From assembly GCA_018822545.1 (NCBI GenBank), contig JAHJKA010000048.1, positions 71,487 through 135,486 of the forward strand: DNA of 64,000 bases. The letters are read 5' to 3'. The stretch is from Pseudomonadota bacterium (GTDB taxonomy: Bacteria > Desulfobacterota > Desulfobulbia > Desulfobulbales > SURF-16). Within the stretch, counting starts at the first letter, position 1; each line of letters starts with the position of its first letter. The position numbers and the translations under genes are program-made. The notes below the pieces were generated by a model. The model made no database searches. It was not told the origin of the DNA and saw only the letters and a list, made by a program, of their open reading frames with translations. Below are positions 40,031 through 50,338 of this stretch, in pieces.

Positions 40031-41449
40031 CTATGCACTCGGCCGCTTTTGATTCGGAGTCGGCCATACCTTTTCTGAACTCAAAATCCTCGTACATTTA
40101 CGAAATCCCATATTGACCGGGAGAAAGAAAAACGGCCTGATGCGGGGCTTTTTAAGAATTCTTTGCCAGATTCCTTTCCAGGAATAAACCCGTTTCCAGA
40201 CGTGACGCATGCCCTGGTGCAGTTGCTTTGGCGTCATATTCTTTGGAAAAAATGTGACGGTACCGTGATCATAATCCCGCCAATTTTTACTAAAAATCCG
40301 GTTCTCTTTGTCCATCTCTTTGAATATGGCTGTTCCCGGGAGTGGCGTCAGGGTAAGGGTAAAAGCTGTTTCCAACTGATTTTCCAGGATAAAGTCCGCT
40401 AACTCGTCAAAGACCGCGGGGGTATCATCATCAAAGCCAACAATAAAGGTACCCATAACTCCGATGTCGCGATCATGAAGGGCTTTAATACATTCCGTGT
40501 AGCGCGCGGTCTTATTGGAATGCTTCCCCATTTTATCAATATTGGTTTGATTGATGGACTCAAAGCCGATGTTGACGCTCATGCAGCCGGATTCCGCCAT
40601 GAGATCGAGCATGGCTTCATCGCGCATAAGATTAAAGCTTGCATGTCCGTACCAGCGGATATCCAATTCTTTGAAGACTTCAAGCACGGCCCGGGCGTGG
40701 GCTGGTTCTGATATGAAATTGGAATCCATCACGTACAACAGGCGCCTTTCTACAAAATAGGGAATATCAGGATGCCAGTGTGCGGCCAGCCAATCCTTCC
40801 ATTTTGCCTGCGGCGGCCGAGGACCAAAGAGTTCCATAAGTTCTTGGCGGATAGCCTCAGGTGGCCTGACCCGAAATTTTGAGCCAAAAAAGTCCTTCAC
40901 CGCGCAGAATTGACATCCCACTGGACAGCCCCGGGTGGTTTCAATGATCTCACCAGGATGATAGAAGGTGTTATTAAAAAGATCCCGCCGAATGGGCGGC
41001 AATGTTGCCAGATCAACAGGGCCACCCTCATAGGTTTTCTTCAAAGCTCCTTTGCTGAAATCCGCAAGGATATCCTGCCAGACAGACTCTCCTTCATGGA
41101 GGATCACCGTATCCGCATGCTTAAGACCTTCGTCAGGAAGGGCTGTGACATGCATGCCGCCAAGAACAACCTTGGTCCCCATGGCGCATAACTTGTCACA
41201 GATCTCGTATGCCGAAGGCATGTGGTGAGTCTGGCCAACGACCAGGGCCAGGTCACAGGGCTGACCATAGGGGACCGGCTCATTGGCACAATCCACCAGA
41301 CGGACAGTAAATGTATCCGGGGTCAGGGCGGCAATCATGGGCAGGCTGATGGCCGGATAGCCCAAAAGGGGCAGCTTGATGCCGAAGGCCTTGTTCCGCT
41401 CTTTGCAATCCATGGCCGGTGCGATGAGAAAAATATTAGGTTTTGTCAT
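40031..41449 (-). CDS. B12-binding domain radical SAM protein
   Basis: GG.H.T.LP B12-like motif; TRGCPVGCQFC; GFES; TP.PGT. Confidence 0.88.
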   Translation of the reverse strand: MTKPNIFLIAPAMDCKERNKAFGIKLPLLGYPAISLPMIAALTPDTFTVRLVDCANEPVPYGQPCDLALVVGQTHHMPSAYEICDKLCAMGTKVVLGGMHVTALPDEGLKHADTVILHEGESVWQDILADFSKGALKKTYEGGPVDLATLPPIRRDLFNNTFYHPGEIIETTRGCPVGCQFCAVKDFFGSKFRVRPPEAIRQELMELFGPRPPQAKWKDWLAAHWHPDIPYFVERRLLYVMDSNFISEPAHARAVLEVFKELDIRWYGHASFNLMRDEAMLDLMAESGCMSVNIGFESINQTNIDKMGKHSNKTARYTECIKALHDRDIGVMGTFIVGFDDDTPAVFDELADFILENQLETAFTLTLTPLPGTAIFKEMDKENRIFSKNWRDYDHGTVTFFPKNMTPKQLHQGMRHVWKRVYSWKGIWQRILKKPRIRPFFFLPVNMGFRKCTRILSSEKVWPTPNQKRPSA

Positions 41450-41741
41450 AGGTATCAAAAGAGTTCACGGATTCATGTAAAAAAGGTCTGGCCTGGACAA
41501 AGTACCAAGGAAATTTCACCCCAAATCAATTCAATTATGGCCGCGATTATAGCCGTGAACCTCAACAGAATCAAGTAATCAACTGGATCAAGGGATTTAA
41601 TGGCAACCGAAGCAATTACCAATGCTTATTATGGTAGAGTCTGCTCTGGCACAAGCCATCATAATTGACAGAAAAGCACCTGTATTATATAGAAGCTGAA
41701 TACTTTATATCTATCTTGAACACTTACCCCTTGAGGCTTCC

Positions 41742-42968
41742 ATGATTTCCATCAATGAAAATTACCTGAAACTGCAGGCGTCCTATCTATTTTCCGACAT
41801 TGCCAAAAGGGTTGCCAGCTTCCAGGAAAAGAATCCAGACAAGAACATCATCCGTTTAGGCATCGGTGACGTCACCAAACCTCTGCCGACTGCTTGCATA
41901 AAGGCATTACACGCCGCTGTCGATGAGATGGCAAACGAGGCCACCTTCCACGGCTACGGCCCGGAACAGGGCTACGCCTTCCTGCGCGAGGCCATTGCCA
42001 AAAATGATTTTCAGGCCCGGGGCGCTGACATTGCCGCCGACGAGATCTTCGTCAGCGACGGCGCCAAATGCGACACCGGCAATATCCAGGAACTCTTCAC
42101 CACCAGCACTAAAATAGCCCTCCCCGACCCTGTTTATCCGGTTTATCTCGACACCAATGTCATGGCAGGCCGCACCGGTACCTTCAGCGGAGGCCGCTAT
42201 CAGGGCATTACCTATCTTGACTCCGTTAAAGAAAATAACTACGTACCAGATCTGCCCAAGGAACGGGTTGACCTGATCTACCTCTGTTTCCCAAACAACC
42301 CAACCGGCAGTACCGCCACCAAGGAAGAGCTCAAGACCTGGGTTGACTACGCCCACAAGAACAAGGCCCTGATCCTCTTTGATGCGGCCTACGAGGCCTT
42401 TATCCGCGACGAGTCCTTGCCCAAATCAATCTATGAAATTGACGGCGCCAAAGAAGTGGCCATTGAATTTCGCAGCTTCTCGAAAAGCGCCGGTTTCACC
42501 GGCACCCGCTGCGCCTACACCGTAGTCCCGAAAGTGTGCAAGGCCTTTGACAGCTTTGGTGACAAGCAGCTCTTGCACCCCCTGTGGAACCGCCGCCATT
42601 GCACGAAATTCAACGGCGTCTCCTACCCCATCCAGAAGGCCGCCGAGGCCGTCTATAGTGCTGAGGGCAAGATACAAACCAGAGAGCTCACCGATTATTA
42701 TCTGCGTAACGCCGCCCACATCAAGGCGGAAATCACCAATCTCGGCTTTGATTCGGTGGGTGGCGACAACTCTCCTTACATCTGGATTGATGGCCAGGGC
42801 CGTGACTCCTGGGAGTTCTTTGATCTGCTGCTCAACAAGGCCGGGGTGGTCTGCACCCCTGGGGCCGGTTTCGGCAAATGCGGCCAGGGCTATATCCGCC
42901 TCTCCGCCTTCAACTCCTATGAGAATGTAGTCAAGGCCATGGAGAGAATCAGCGAAGCGTTGAAATAG
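41742..42968 (+). CDS. dapL: LL-diaminopimelate aminotransferase
   Basis: [41 protein letters not shown]. Confidence 0.95.
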   Translation: MISINENYLKLQASYLFSDIAKRVASFQEKNPDKNIIRLGIGDVTKPLPTACIKALHAAVDEMANEATFHGYGPEQGYAFLREAIAKNDFQARGADIAADEIFVSDGAKCDTGNIQELFTTSTKIALPDPVYPVYLDTNVMAGRTGTFSGGRYQGITYLDSVKENNYVPDLPKERVDLIYLCFPNNPTGSTATKEELKTWVDYAHKNKALILFDAAYEAFIRDESLPKSIYEIDGAKEVAIEFRSFSKSAGFTGTRCAYTVVPKVCKAFDSFGDKQLLHPLWNRRHCTKFNGVSYPIQKAAEAVYSAEGKIQTRELTDYYLRNAAHIKAEITNLGFDSVGGDNSPYIWIDGQGRDSWEFFDLLLNKAGVVCTPGAGFGKCGQGYIRLSAFNSYENVVKAMERISEALK

Positions 42969-42997
42969 ATTTTCCCCACACAAAAAACGCTTTCCCT

Positions 42998-43065
42998 AAA
43001 CACAAAGGCACAAAGACACAAAGGGTTTACAAAAAAAACCTCTGTGTCTTTGTGCCTTTGTGTTT
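42998..43065. repeat. 23-bp perfect inverted repeat built from CACAAAG units; REP-like element or bidirectional terminator
   Basis: AAACACAAAGGCACAAAGACACA (42998-43020) / TGTGTCTTTGTGCCTTTGTGTTT (43043-43065) between convergent dapL and der. Confidence 0.85.
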
Positions 43066-43116
43066 CAAAGCAGCCCTTCGCTGAACTCGATGATGGACCT
43101 TTTCTCTAGGCCTCTC

Positions 43117-44481
43117 TCAGCCATACTTCTTGCGTTTCCGCTCACGCAGCAAAAGCTTGACGGGCGAGTTGATCAAGCCTAAGTCTTCGCGGAACTGGTT
43201 GACCAGAAAGCGGTAATAGGAAAAATGAATACCTTTCGGGTAGTTAACAAAGAGAACAAAGGTGGGGGGGGAACTGGCCACCTGGGTGGTATAGTAGAGC
43301 TTAAGACGCCGACCATTATGCAGTGGCGGGGTGTGGGTTTCCGTGGCCCGCTTGAGCACCTGATTCAAGGCATTGGTGGAAAAAGTAGCCGTGTATTGCT
43401 GATAGACCTTGTCCACGGTGTCCAGGATTTTGGTCAACGACATGCCAGTGACCGCCGAGATCTTAATGGTGGGGGCATAGGGCATGAACTTGGTGGCCAT
43501 GGCCACCTCATCCATAATCCATTTTTCCTTCTTCTTTTCACCACGCACCAAATCCCATTTATTCACCAGAATAAGACAAGCCCGCCCCCGATCCAGAGCG
43601 TAGCCGATTACCTTGGTATCCTGCTCGGTAATCCCCTCGCTGGCATCCACGAGAAGCAGGGCAATATCACAGCGTTCCAGGGAAGCCAGGGCCCGCATAA
43701 CACTGAATTTCTCTATTTTCTCGAACACCTTGCCTTTGCGCCGGATACCAGCGGTGTCGATCAACAAGTACTGTTTACCGTTTCTGTCCAGAAGACTGTC
43801 CACCGAATCACGGGTGGTGCCCGGAATATCAGACACCAGCATGCGGTCCTGACCCAAGAGCTTATTGATCAGCGATGACTTGCCGACATTGGGCCGGCCG
43901 ATACAGGCGATACGGATCGCCTCCTCGGGAATCTCACTACGCTCTTCCGGTATGGGTAAGCTGTCAAAAAAGAAATCGAAAAAGGTGGTCATACCAAAGC
44001 CATGGGAGGCAGATATCGCCCACAATTCATCAATACCCAGTTCATAAAACTGGCTGAGAATCTCCAATTCTTTTTCAGGACCATCCACCTTATTCACCAG
44101 ATGATAGACCGGCTTTTCCAAACGGCGCAGCCTGCGAACTACCTCGTAATCTTCGGACAAAACACCGCCCACACCATCCATGACATGGAGAATGATGTCT
44201 GCTTCCTCAATGGCAGCCCAAGTCTGATCCTGGATCTGGCCGGAGATAACATCATGGGTGCCAAGCTCAATACCGCCGGTATCAACTAAGATAATCCGCC
44301 GTTCATTCCAAACAACCGGACCATAATGGCGATCACGGGTGACGCCGGGGGTGGGATCGACAATGGCCTTATTTGACTTGGTCAACCTATTGAAAAGCGT
44401 GGATTTCCCAACATTAGGACGTCCTACCAGGGCGACAATGAGAGTATCCTGGCCACGATCTTGACTTATATCATCATTCAT
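43117..44481 (-). CDS. der: Ribosome biogenesis GTPase Der (EngA)
   Basis: Two GRPNVGKS P-loops; DTGG and DTAG; KH-like C-terminus. Confidence 0.96.
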   Translation of the reverse strand: MNDDISQDRGQDTLIVALVGRPNVGKSTLFNRLTKSNKAIVDPTPGVTRDRHYGPVVWNERRIILVDTGGIELGTHDVISGQIQDQTWAAIEEADIILHVMDGVGGVLSEDYEVVRRLRRLEKPVYHLVNKVDGPEKELEILSQFYELGIDELWAISASHGFGMTTFFDFFFDSLPIPEERSEIPEEAIRIACIGRPNVGKSSLINKLLGQDRMLVSDIPGTTRDSVDSLLDRNGKQYLLIDTAGIRRKGKVFEKIEKFSVMRALASLERCDIALLLVDASEGITEQDTKVIGYALDRGRACLILVNKWDLVRGEKKKEKWIMDEVAMATKFMPYAPTIKISAVTGMSLTKILDTVDKVYQQYTATFSTNALNQVLKRATETHTPPLHNGRRLKLYYTTQVASSPPTFVLFVNYPKGIHFSYYRFLVNQFREDLGLINSPVKLLLRERKRKKYG

Positions 44482-44488
44482 ATTTTTT

Positions 44489-45589
44489 CTAATCCGCGAG
44501 GGAATCACTTACTTTGGCATAGGGCGCTGCCTCGTGCAGATCGCCACAAATCTCTTCAACAAGCCCGGTAAGTCTTGGGAAACGTTCAGTTACATCTTGC
44601 AGCTGAGAAAGTAAGCTTGAGGCTGCAGGAATAATATATTGTTCAAAAAAACTCTTTCCCCTTTGTTGGGACAAAAAGGCAAAGGCTCCTAAAATCTGCA
44701 GATTTCGCTGCAGCGCTAAAAAAATGTAGCCCTGGCGGAAACGGTCCGGATCAAAATCCGGCATAAATCGAGCCGCCTGCTCAACATAATAATCAAAAAC
44801 GATCTTTTGCTCCTCGCAGCTTAAGGAGGCATAAGGATCAATGAGCAAGGAGGCAAGGTCGTAGGCCAAAGGCCCTAATCTTGCTCCTTGAAAATCGATA
44901 ATACGAACCTTACCTTCATGCACCATAAGGTTACGAGACTGAAAATCTCTATGCAACAGAAAATCGGCCCGTTCGCGGGCAGCACGCCGAGCCAACTGAA
45001 CAAACTCGTTATTGAGACCATGCTCATCAACAAGCTTGCCAAGGTACTCCTTGCAAAAGGCCTGGAGAAAATAACCTGACTCCCGCTGGAGCATGAGCTC
45101 CATATTGTAACTTGGCGTATCCCAACAGCAGCGGCTGTCAAAGCCCTGCACGCCGACGACCTGGAGTTTCAAAAGACCGTCAACTGCCTGTAGATAATAG
45201 GGCTGCACCTCGCTAAACTGCTGCCGGGCCACCGTCAGGGAATGGAGATGGACATCTCCTACATCCTCAAAAAGGATAACACGTTTTTGACGATCATGCC
45301 CTAAGACCTTAGGCACAGGCACCCCAAGATCAGCAAGATGGCAGGCAATTGTATAACAGGACTTGGCCTCAGCCATGGCCTGGGGATGTGTCCGGGACGG
45401 GAAAACGGCCACACAGGGCAAATCACCACAAATTCGATAAAACCTGCGATCGGAGCCATCCCCCGTCAGTGGCTGTATCTGATCGGCATCAATTAGGCAG
45501 GACTGCTCAGCCAAGAGCCTAAGCAGCACCGCAACGTCACTCTCTTCTCCCAACTCTTCACTCTTTTTTAAGCATTTTGAAAAAATCAT
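44489..45589 (-). CDS. amgK: Aminoglycoside-phosphotransferase family kinase (AmgK-like)
   Basis: GDGSDRRFYR, HRDFQSRNLM, IDFQGA, YDLASLL; adjacent to MurU-like gene; start uncertain. Confidence 0.78.
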   Translation of the reverse strand: MIFSKCLKKSEELGEESDVAVLLRLLAEQSCLIDADQIQPLTGDGSDRRFYRICGDLPCVAVFPSRTHPQAMAEAKSCYTIACHLADLGVPVPKVLGHDRQKRVILFEDVGDVHLHSLTVARQQFSEVQPYYLQAVDGLLKLQVVGVQGFDSRCCWDTPSYNMELMLQRESGYFLQAFCKEYLGKLVDEHGLNNEFVQLARRAARERADFLLHRDFQSRNLMVHEGKVRIIDFQGARLGPLAYDLASLLIDPYASLSCEEQKIVFDYYVEQAARFMPDFDPDRFRQGYIFLALQRNLQILGAFAFLSQQRGKSFFEQYIIPAASSLLSQLQDVTERFPRLTGLVEEICGDLHEAAPYAKVSDSLAD

Positions 45590-46452
45590 GCGACAATGGT
45601 GTCCATGAGCTGACTTCCAGGGGGAACAATGGCGCCATCCCAGACTACAACCCGTGTAAGCGAAGCTCCTGCCCCAATATGGGCTCCCTGCCCAACAACA
45701 GACCATTCATGGAGTTCAACATCCGATAAATTCAGGCCCTCGGCAAGGCAAAAGGGCGACGAGGCACCAAAGCGCGGATCCGTCAAGAGATGGGCGTGGA
45801 GATCAAGATAATCAGCCGGGGTGCCCATATCACTCCAATAATGATCCCGCGCCTTAAAACTTTGAATTCTCATCCCCTTAGCCATCCAATACCTATAGCA
45901 AGTTATTATATCATAAAAAGAGGCCTCGGGAATAACAGCCAGCAATTTGGGATCAAGGACATGAATACCGGTGAAGGCCTGAACTTCTGAGGCTTGCCCA
46001 CAGGGTATAAAGTCAATGACAGCGCCAAGCGCATCAACACTTACCTTATTGAAACGAGGAAAATCATGAAGAACCAGGGTGACAGATTGTCCACCCTTAA
46101 GATGGGTATCATAGACCATCCCATAGTCAATGGTATGATAGATATCGCCATTTACCACCAATACAGGCTCTTTGCCAAGCCATTCCAGCGCATTCCGCAA
46201 ACCACCCCCAGTTCCAAGCACAACATCTTCTCTAAAAACAGTAACCCCTCTTATTCCAGCCACAGCGTGTTCAATCTGGGGCCCGAGATGATGACAATTA
46301 ACAGCAATTTCCTGAAAACCTGCGGCTTGCAGGTTGGCCAGGGTGTGGAGAAGAAGGGGGATGTTAAGTATGGGAAAAAGCGGTTTGGGGCGCTGATGGG
46401 TATAAGGCTGCAATCGGGTACCAAGCCCGGCTGCAAGAACCATAGCTTTCAT
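45586..46452 (-). CDS. murU: Sugar-phosphate nucleotidyltransferase (MurU-like)
   Basis: KAMVLAAGLGTRL.P.T...PKPL, LGTGGG, NGD, W.DMGTP. Confidence 0.75.
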   Translation of the reverse strand: MKAMVLAAGLGTRLQPYTHQRPKPLFPILNIPLLLHTLANLQAAGFQEIAVNCHHLGPQIEHAVAGIRGVTVFREDVVLGTGGGLRNALEWLGKEPVLVVNGDIYHTIDYGMVYDTHLKGGQSVTLVLHDFPRFNKVSVDALGAVIDFIPCGQASEVQAFTGIHVLDPKLLAVIPEASFYDIITCYRYWMAKGMRIQSFKARDHYWSDMGTPADYLDLHAHLLTDPRFGASSPFCLAEGLNLSDVELHEWSVVGQGAHIGAGASLTRVVVWDGAIVPPGSQLMDTIVA

Positions 46453-46475
46453 AAAAGGTGTCCATTAAAAGAAAC

Positions 46476-47309
46476 TCAGATGGAAATAGTGCCGGCGGCA
46501 TCCTGCGAGACCCCGACAACGATAATGCCGGCCTTGTCCGCCGCCGCTATCACCATTTCGGCATCAAAAAGCAGGGATTGGCCCTTTTCAACAGCCAAAA
46601 CCTTGGCTTTGACCTCTTTCATCGTTTCAATGGTCTGCAGACCGATGGCCGGCAGATCAAAGCGAAAATCCTGATCCGGCTTGCGCACCTTGACCACCAC
46701 CGCCATCTCGTGGCCCAAGGCCCCACCACGACGGATGGCAGCATCCGTGCCTTCAATGGCCTCAACGGCAAGGACTGTCTGGTCGCGCACCACAACACAT
46801 TGGCCAATATCAAGGTCGCCAATGGCCTTGGCCATGCGGAAACCGAAACGAATATCATTTTTCTGATTGGCGTCCGGCTTTTTTTTCGTCAAAACGCCCT
46901 GCGGGAAGAGAAGATCCTGCAAATAAGAGGTGGACTCCAGAACCTTAATGCCATCTTTCTCAAGCTCAGCAGCAATGGCCCTCAGGATGGCATCATCCTG
47001 TTTGATATCAATTTTGTTCCACAGGGTAAGACCGCGCAGATCAGGAAAAATATCACGAAAAATTCTGGTCTTGGTGATGGTGCCTAAGAAAACCGCCTCC
47101 ACTACCCCTTCATCTTTAAAAAATTTGAGAATTTTACCAAGCTGGCCAAGTTTCACCCAACAAAAACCGTCGGCCAACTCTTCCATATCCGAAGCCGTCT
47201 CCCCTTTATGGCCGGCAATAAAGACCTTTCGCCCCTCTTTTTTGGCGGCCTGGCAAAAGAGGTGGGGAAATTGGCCACCTCCGGCAATAATCCCTATTTT
47301 ATCACTCAT
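46476..47309 (-). CDS. lpxI: UDP-2,3-diacylglucosamine pyrophosphatase LpxI
   Basis: GIIAGGG.FP, DIGQ, AVEAIEGTD, QD.RFDLP.IG. Confidence 0.92.
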   Translation of the reverse strand: MSDKIGIIAGGGQFPHLFCQAAKKEGRKVFIAGHKGETASDMEELADGFCWVKLGQLGKILKFFKDEGVVEAVFLGTITKTRIFRDIFPDLRGLTLWNKIDIKQDDAILRAIAAELEKDGIKVLESTSYLQDLLFPQGVLTKKKPDANQKNDIRFGFRMAKAIGDLDIGQCVVVRDQTVLAVEAIEGTDAAIRRGGALGHEMAVVVKVRKPDQDFRFDLPAIGLQTIETMKEVKAKVLAVEKGQSLLFDAEMVIAAADKAGIIVVGVSQDAAGTISI

Positions 47310-48099
47310 CACTACTTAAACGGGCGACATTACGGTTAGACACCTTGAAAAAATTCACCATCCGCGCGACAGGGGCACAATCACCAAAATCTTTCATCAC
47401 CTGAGCCAAGGCGTCTTGGAGCAGGAGATCCTCTGTCTTAAAAATGATCATAAAAGCCTTATTGAGATTGCGAATATCCTCACTGGAAAAACCAGCCCTT
47501 TTCAGGCCAATCCGGTTAATGGAACGAATCTGCAACTCGTTACGGATACCAGCGACAATAACATAGGGCGGAATATCAAGACTGATACCGCTCATCCCCC
47601 CGATATAGGCATACTCGCCAATTCGGACAAACTGATGAATGCCGCTCATGCCACCAATGGTCGCCCGGTTCCCCACTTCTACATGACCGCCTAGAGTAGC
47701 GTTATTGACCATGATGACGTGGTTGCCAACAATGCAATCATGGGCAACGTGACAGTATCCCATAAAAAGATTATTACTGCCTATGGTCGTTACCCCATGA
47801 CCGCCAGGGGTACCGCGATGCATTGAGGAAAATTCTCGAATCTGATTGTTGTCACCAATAACGAGCTGGGTTTCTTCGTCATGGTATTTTAAATCCTGGG
47901 GAGGAAAGCCTATGCAGGTAAAACTGCCGATGAGGTTATTCTTGCCGATGGTGGTTTGACCGGATACATGGGCGTGAGCGCTGATAATAGTGCCTTCACC
48001 GATCTTAACACCGGCATCAATAACAGCATAAGGACCAACCTCTACGGAGGAGTCTAGTTCTGCCTTGGTATCAATAACAGCAGTGGGATGAATGGACAT
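47302..48099 (-). CDS. lpxA: UDP-GlcNAc acyltransferase
   Basis: IHPTAVI, PQDLKY, HVAHDC, HQF; hexapeptide repeats. Confidence 0.95.
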   Translation of the reverse strand: MSIHPTAVIDTKAELDSSVEVGPYAVIDAGVKIGEGTIISAHAHVSGQTTIGKNNLIGSFTCIGFPPQDLKYHDEETQLVIGDNNQIREFSSMHRGTPGGHGVTTIGSNNLFMGYCHVAHDCIVGNHVIMVNNATLGGHVEVGNRATIGGMSGIHQFVRIGEYAYIGGMSGISLDIPPYVIVAGIRNELQIRSINRIGLKRAGFSSEDIRNLNKAFMIIFKTEDLLLQDALAQVMKDFGDCAPVARMVNFFKVSNRNVARLSSDE

Positions 48100-48308
48100 T
48101 CTTCTATTTTTCCAATATGAGATATTAATGTAAATCTTCAGTATTACTGCACAAATGAGCCTTTTACCATACTATGACCCATCAACAATGCCCCAGGCAG
48201 ATGTATACTCCTGAGAGCGCACTCCGGAAAAAGTTCCTTTGCCGAGCAAACTGGCTGCTGGAAAACTGAAATAAAACCCGGGTGGCGGTGTGCTGCTCAA
48301 AAAATCAA

Positions 48309-48767
48309 TTACGAAAAGGTGGCCATAAGTTGGGCCTCTGCCGCCACCGCCCCTTCAACAAGGGCCTTGCACTCCATTTTAATGACCTTGCCCTTCCGAC
48401 GGGTAATAACCACATCATAGACAATCTGATCACCAGGAACCACCTTGCGCCTAAAGCGCGCCTTGTCAATTCCTGTAAAATAGACAAGATTTTCGCCCAC
48501 CTTTTCCTGATCAGTGAGAAATGCTAAAACAGCGGCGGCCTGAGCCATGCCTTCAATAATGAGAACTCCGGGCATCACTGGTTCCACCGGGAAATGCCCC
48601 TGAAAAAAAGGCTCATTAATGGTAACATTTTTCAGTGCAGTTATTCTTTCACCAGCGATATAATCCAATACCCGATCAATAAGGAGGAAGGGATACCGAT
48701 GGGGAAGGAGTCGTAGTATTTCCAGGATACCAAGATGGGCTTTTGGTTCACTCATTGCTTGCTCCAC
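48309..48767 (-). CDS. fabZ: 3-hydroxyacyl-ACP dehydratase
   Basis: LPHRYPFLLIDR, FFQGHFP..PVMPGVLI.EGMAQ. Confidence 0.96.
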   Translation of the reverse strand: MEQAMSEPKAHLGILEILRLLPHRYPFLLIDRVLDYIAGERITALKNVTINEPFFQGHFPVEPVMPGVLIIEGMAQAAAVLAFLTDQEKVGENLVYFTGIDKARFRRKVVPGDQIVYDVVITRRKGKVIKMECKALVEGAVAAEAQLMATFS

Positions 48768-48798
48768 TTTTCTTAGTAAAAATTTGTCTTAACTTTCG

Positions 48799-49836
48799 TT
48801 ATTTATTTTTTTCATCCAGGTTCGCAATTTTTTTGGTCAAGTCACGAACGTCTTTAACAAGTTGCGGCAGTTTTGAAAAGACCGAACTTGCCCTGAGCCA
48901 GGTCCGATGATCAATGGCCGGATAACCACTCACCACACTTCCAGCTGGAACGTTCCCTGCAACACCCGCCTTGCCACCCACCATAACGCCATCACCCAAA
49001 GTGACATGATCAGTAACAGCCACCTGACCGCCGAGCACAACTCCACGACCAAGACTGGTACTACCGGCAATGCCGCATTGAGCAACGAGCAAACATCCTT
49101 CACCAACAGTGACGTTGTGGGCAACTTGGACAAGATTATCAACCTTGGCACCCTGCTTAATGACGGTAACGCCAAAGGTGGCACGATCAACACAGGAATT
49201 AGCCCCAATCTCCACATCATCTTCTAAAACCACAATGCCGACATGGGGCCGCTTGACATGTCGACCGTGAGCATCCTGAACGTAGCCGTAGCCATCACTA
49301 CCGATAACAGAACCACTCTGAATAATGACCCGGTTGCCAATTTTACATCCATACCGAATAACAACATTGGCCATAATGGTCACATCATCACCAATGACAA
49401 CACCATCACCAACGACAACCCCAGGTTCAAGGGACACTCTTTCACCGATTGTAACATTATCAGCAAACACCACATGTGGACCGATAGAAACATGTTTTGA
49501 GATATAACACTTTTCGCCAATCACAACGGAGGGATGGATTCCGGTGGAAACAAACTCTTTTTCTAAGAATTTTCGATGAATGAGAGTGATTGCTAAGGCT
49601 GGATTTTTCACTTTAATAGCTGGCAGATCTGTTTCGGTATCAACAGGAATCACCACGGCACCGGCCGCAGTTTCAGCTAAAAGTGAAGCGTGGCCACTCT
49701 TGAGTAAAAAGCTGATCTCATGTTGTGTTGCGGCTTGAAGATCGGCCACCCCTGCCACTGCAACCTGACCATCACCCGAAACCTCACCACCGACAAAATC
49801 TGCAAGGTCCTGGATACTAAAAATATTATTCGTCAT
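48799..49836 (-). CDS. lpxD: UDP-3-O-acyl-glucosamine N-acyltransferase
   Basis: GSDGYGY, EIGANS.VDR, KVDNLVQVAHN. Confidence 0.95.
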   Translation of the reverse strand: MTNNIFSIQDLADFVGGEVSGDGQVAVAGVADLQAATQHEISFLLKSGHASLLAETAAGAVVIPVDTETDLPAIKVKNPALAITLIHRKFLEKEFVSTGIHPSVVIGEKCYISKHVSIGPHVVFADNVTIGERVSLEPGVVVGDGVVIGDDVTIMANVVIRYGCKIGNRVIIQSGSVIGSDGYGYVQDAHGRHVKRPHVGIVVLEDDVEIGANSCVDRATFGVTVIKQGAKVDNLVQVAHNVTVGEGCLLVAQCGIAGSTSLGRGVVLGGQVAVTDHVTLGDGVMVGGKAGVAGNVPAGSVVSGYPAIDHRTWLRASSVFSKLPQLVKDVRDLTKKIANLDEKNK

Positions 49837-49860
49837 TTCTCTAATCCGAATTTTTGATCA

Positions 49861-49901
49861 AAAAAAGAGGCTGAACCTCTCACCCGAGAGATTCAGCCTC
49901 T
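49861..49901 (-). terminator. Probable terminator after ihf
   Basis: AGAGGCTGAA...TTCAGCCTCT followed by a T run on the minus strand. Confidence 0.7.
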
Positions 49902-49925
49902 GAGACATCTAGGGAAGACCTTGAA

Positions 49926-50213
49926 TCAGTTACTGGAATTAATACGATCGCGCAAAATCCCGGATGGCTTAAAGGTAACCACCCGCCGGGACTCAAGGAT
50001 AAGCTCTTTGCCCGTCTGGGGGTTCCGACCACGCCGGGAATTTTTTTCTTTAACGTTGAACTTACCAAATCCACTGATCAACAGATTCTCACCCTTGGCC
50101 AGACAACCTTTTGTTACCTTTAAAAAGGCCTCAACCGTTTCTGCGGCCTCAGCCTTTGTCAAATTATGAGTCTGATACACCTTCTGAACAAGATCTGCTT
50201 TAGTCAAAGTCAT
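49926..50213 (-). CDS. ihfA: Integration host factor alpha / HU family
   Basis: LTKADL, SGFGKF, GRNPQTG, RRVVTFKPS. Confidence 0.88.
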   Translation of the reverse strand: MTLTKADLVQKVYQTHNLTKAEAAETVEAFLKVTKGCLAKGENLLISGFGKFNVKEKNSRRGRNPQTGKELILESRRVVTFKPSGILRDRINSSN

Positions 50214-50338
50214 TTTTTCCTCCCTATCACCAGGTATTGCCCCATGAGTATGAGTTTTTCAAATAATCCCTAAAAAGAGTATATCTTTCTCGCCTGCCCT
50301 GTCCAGTGAAACCAATAAGAACATAGTTCTCATTAATT

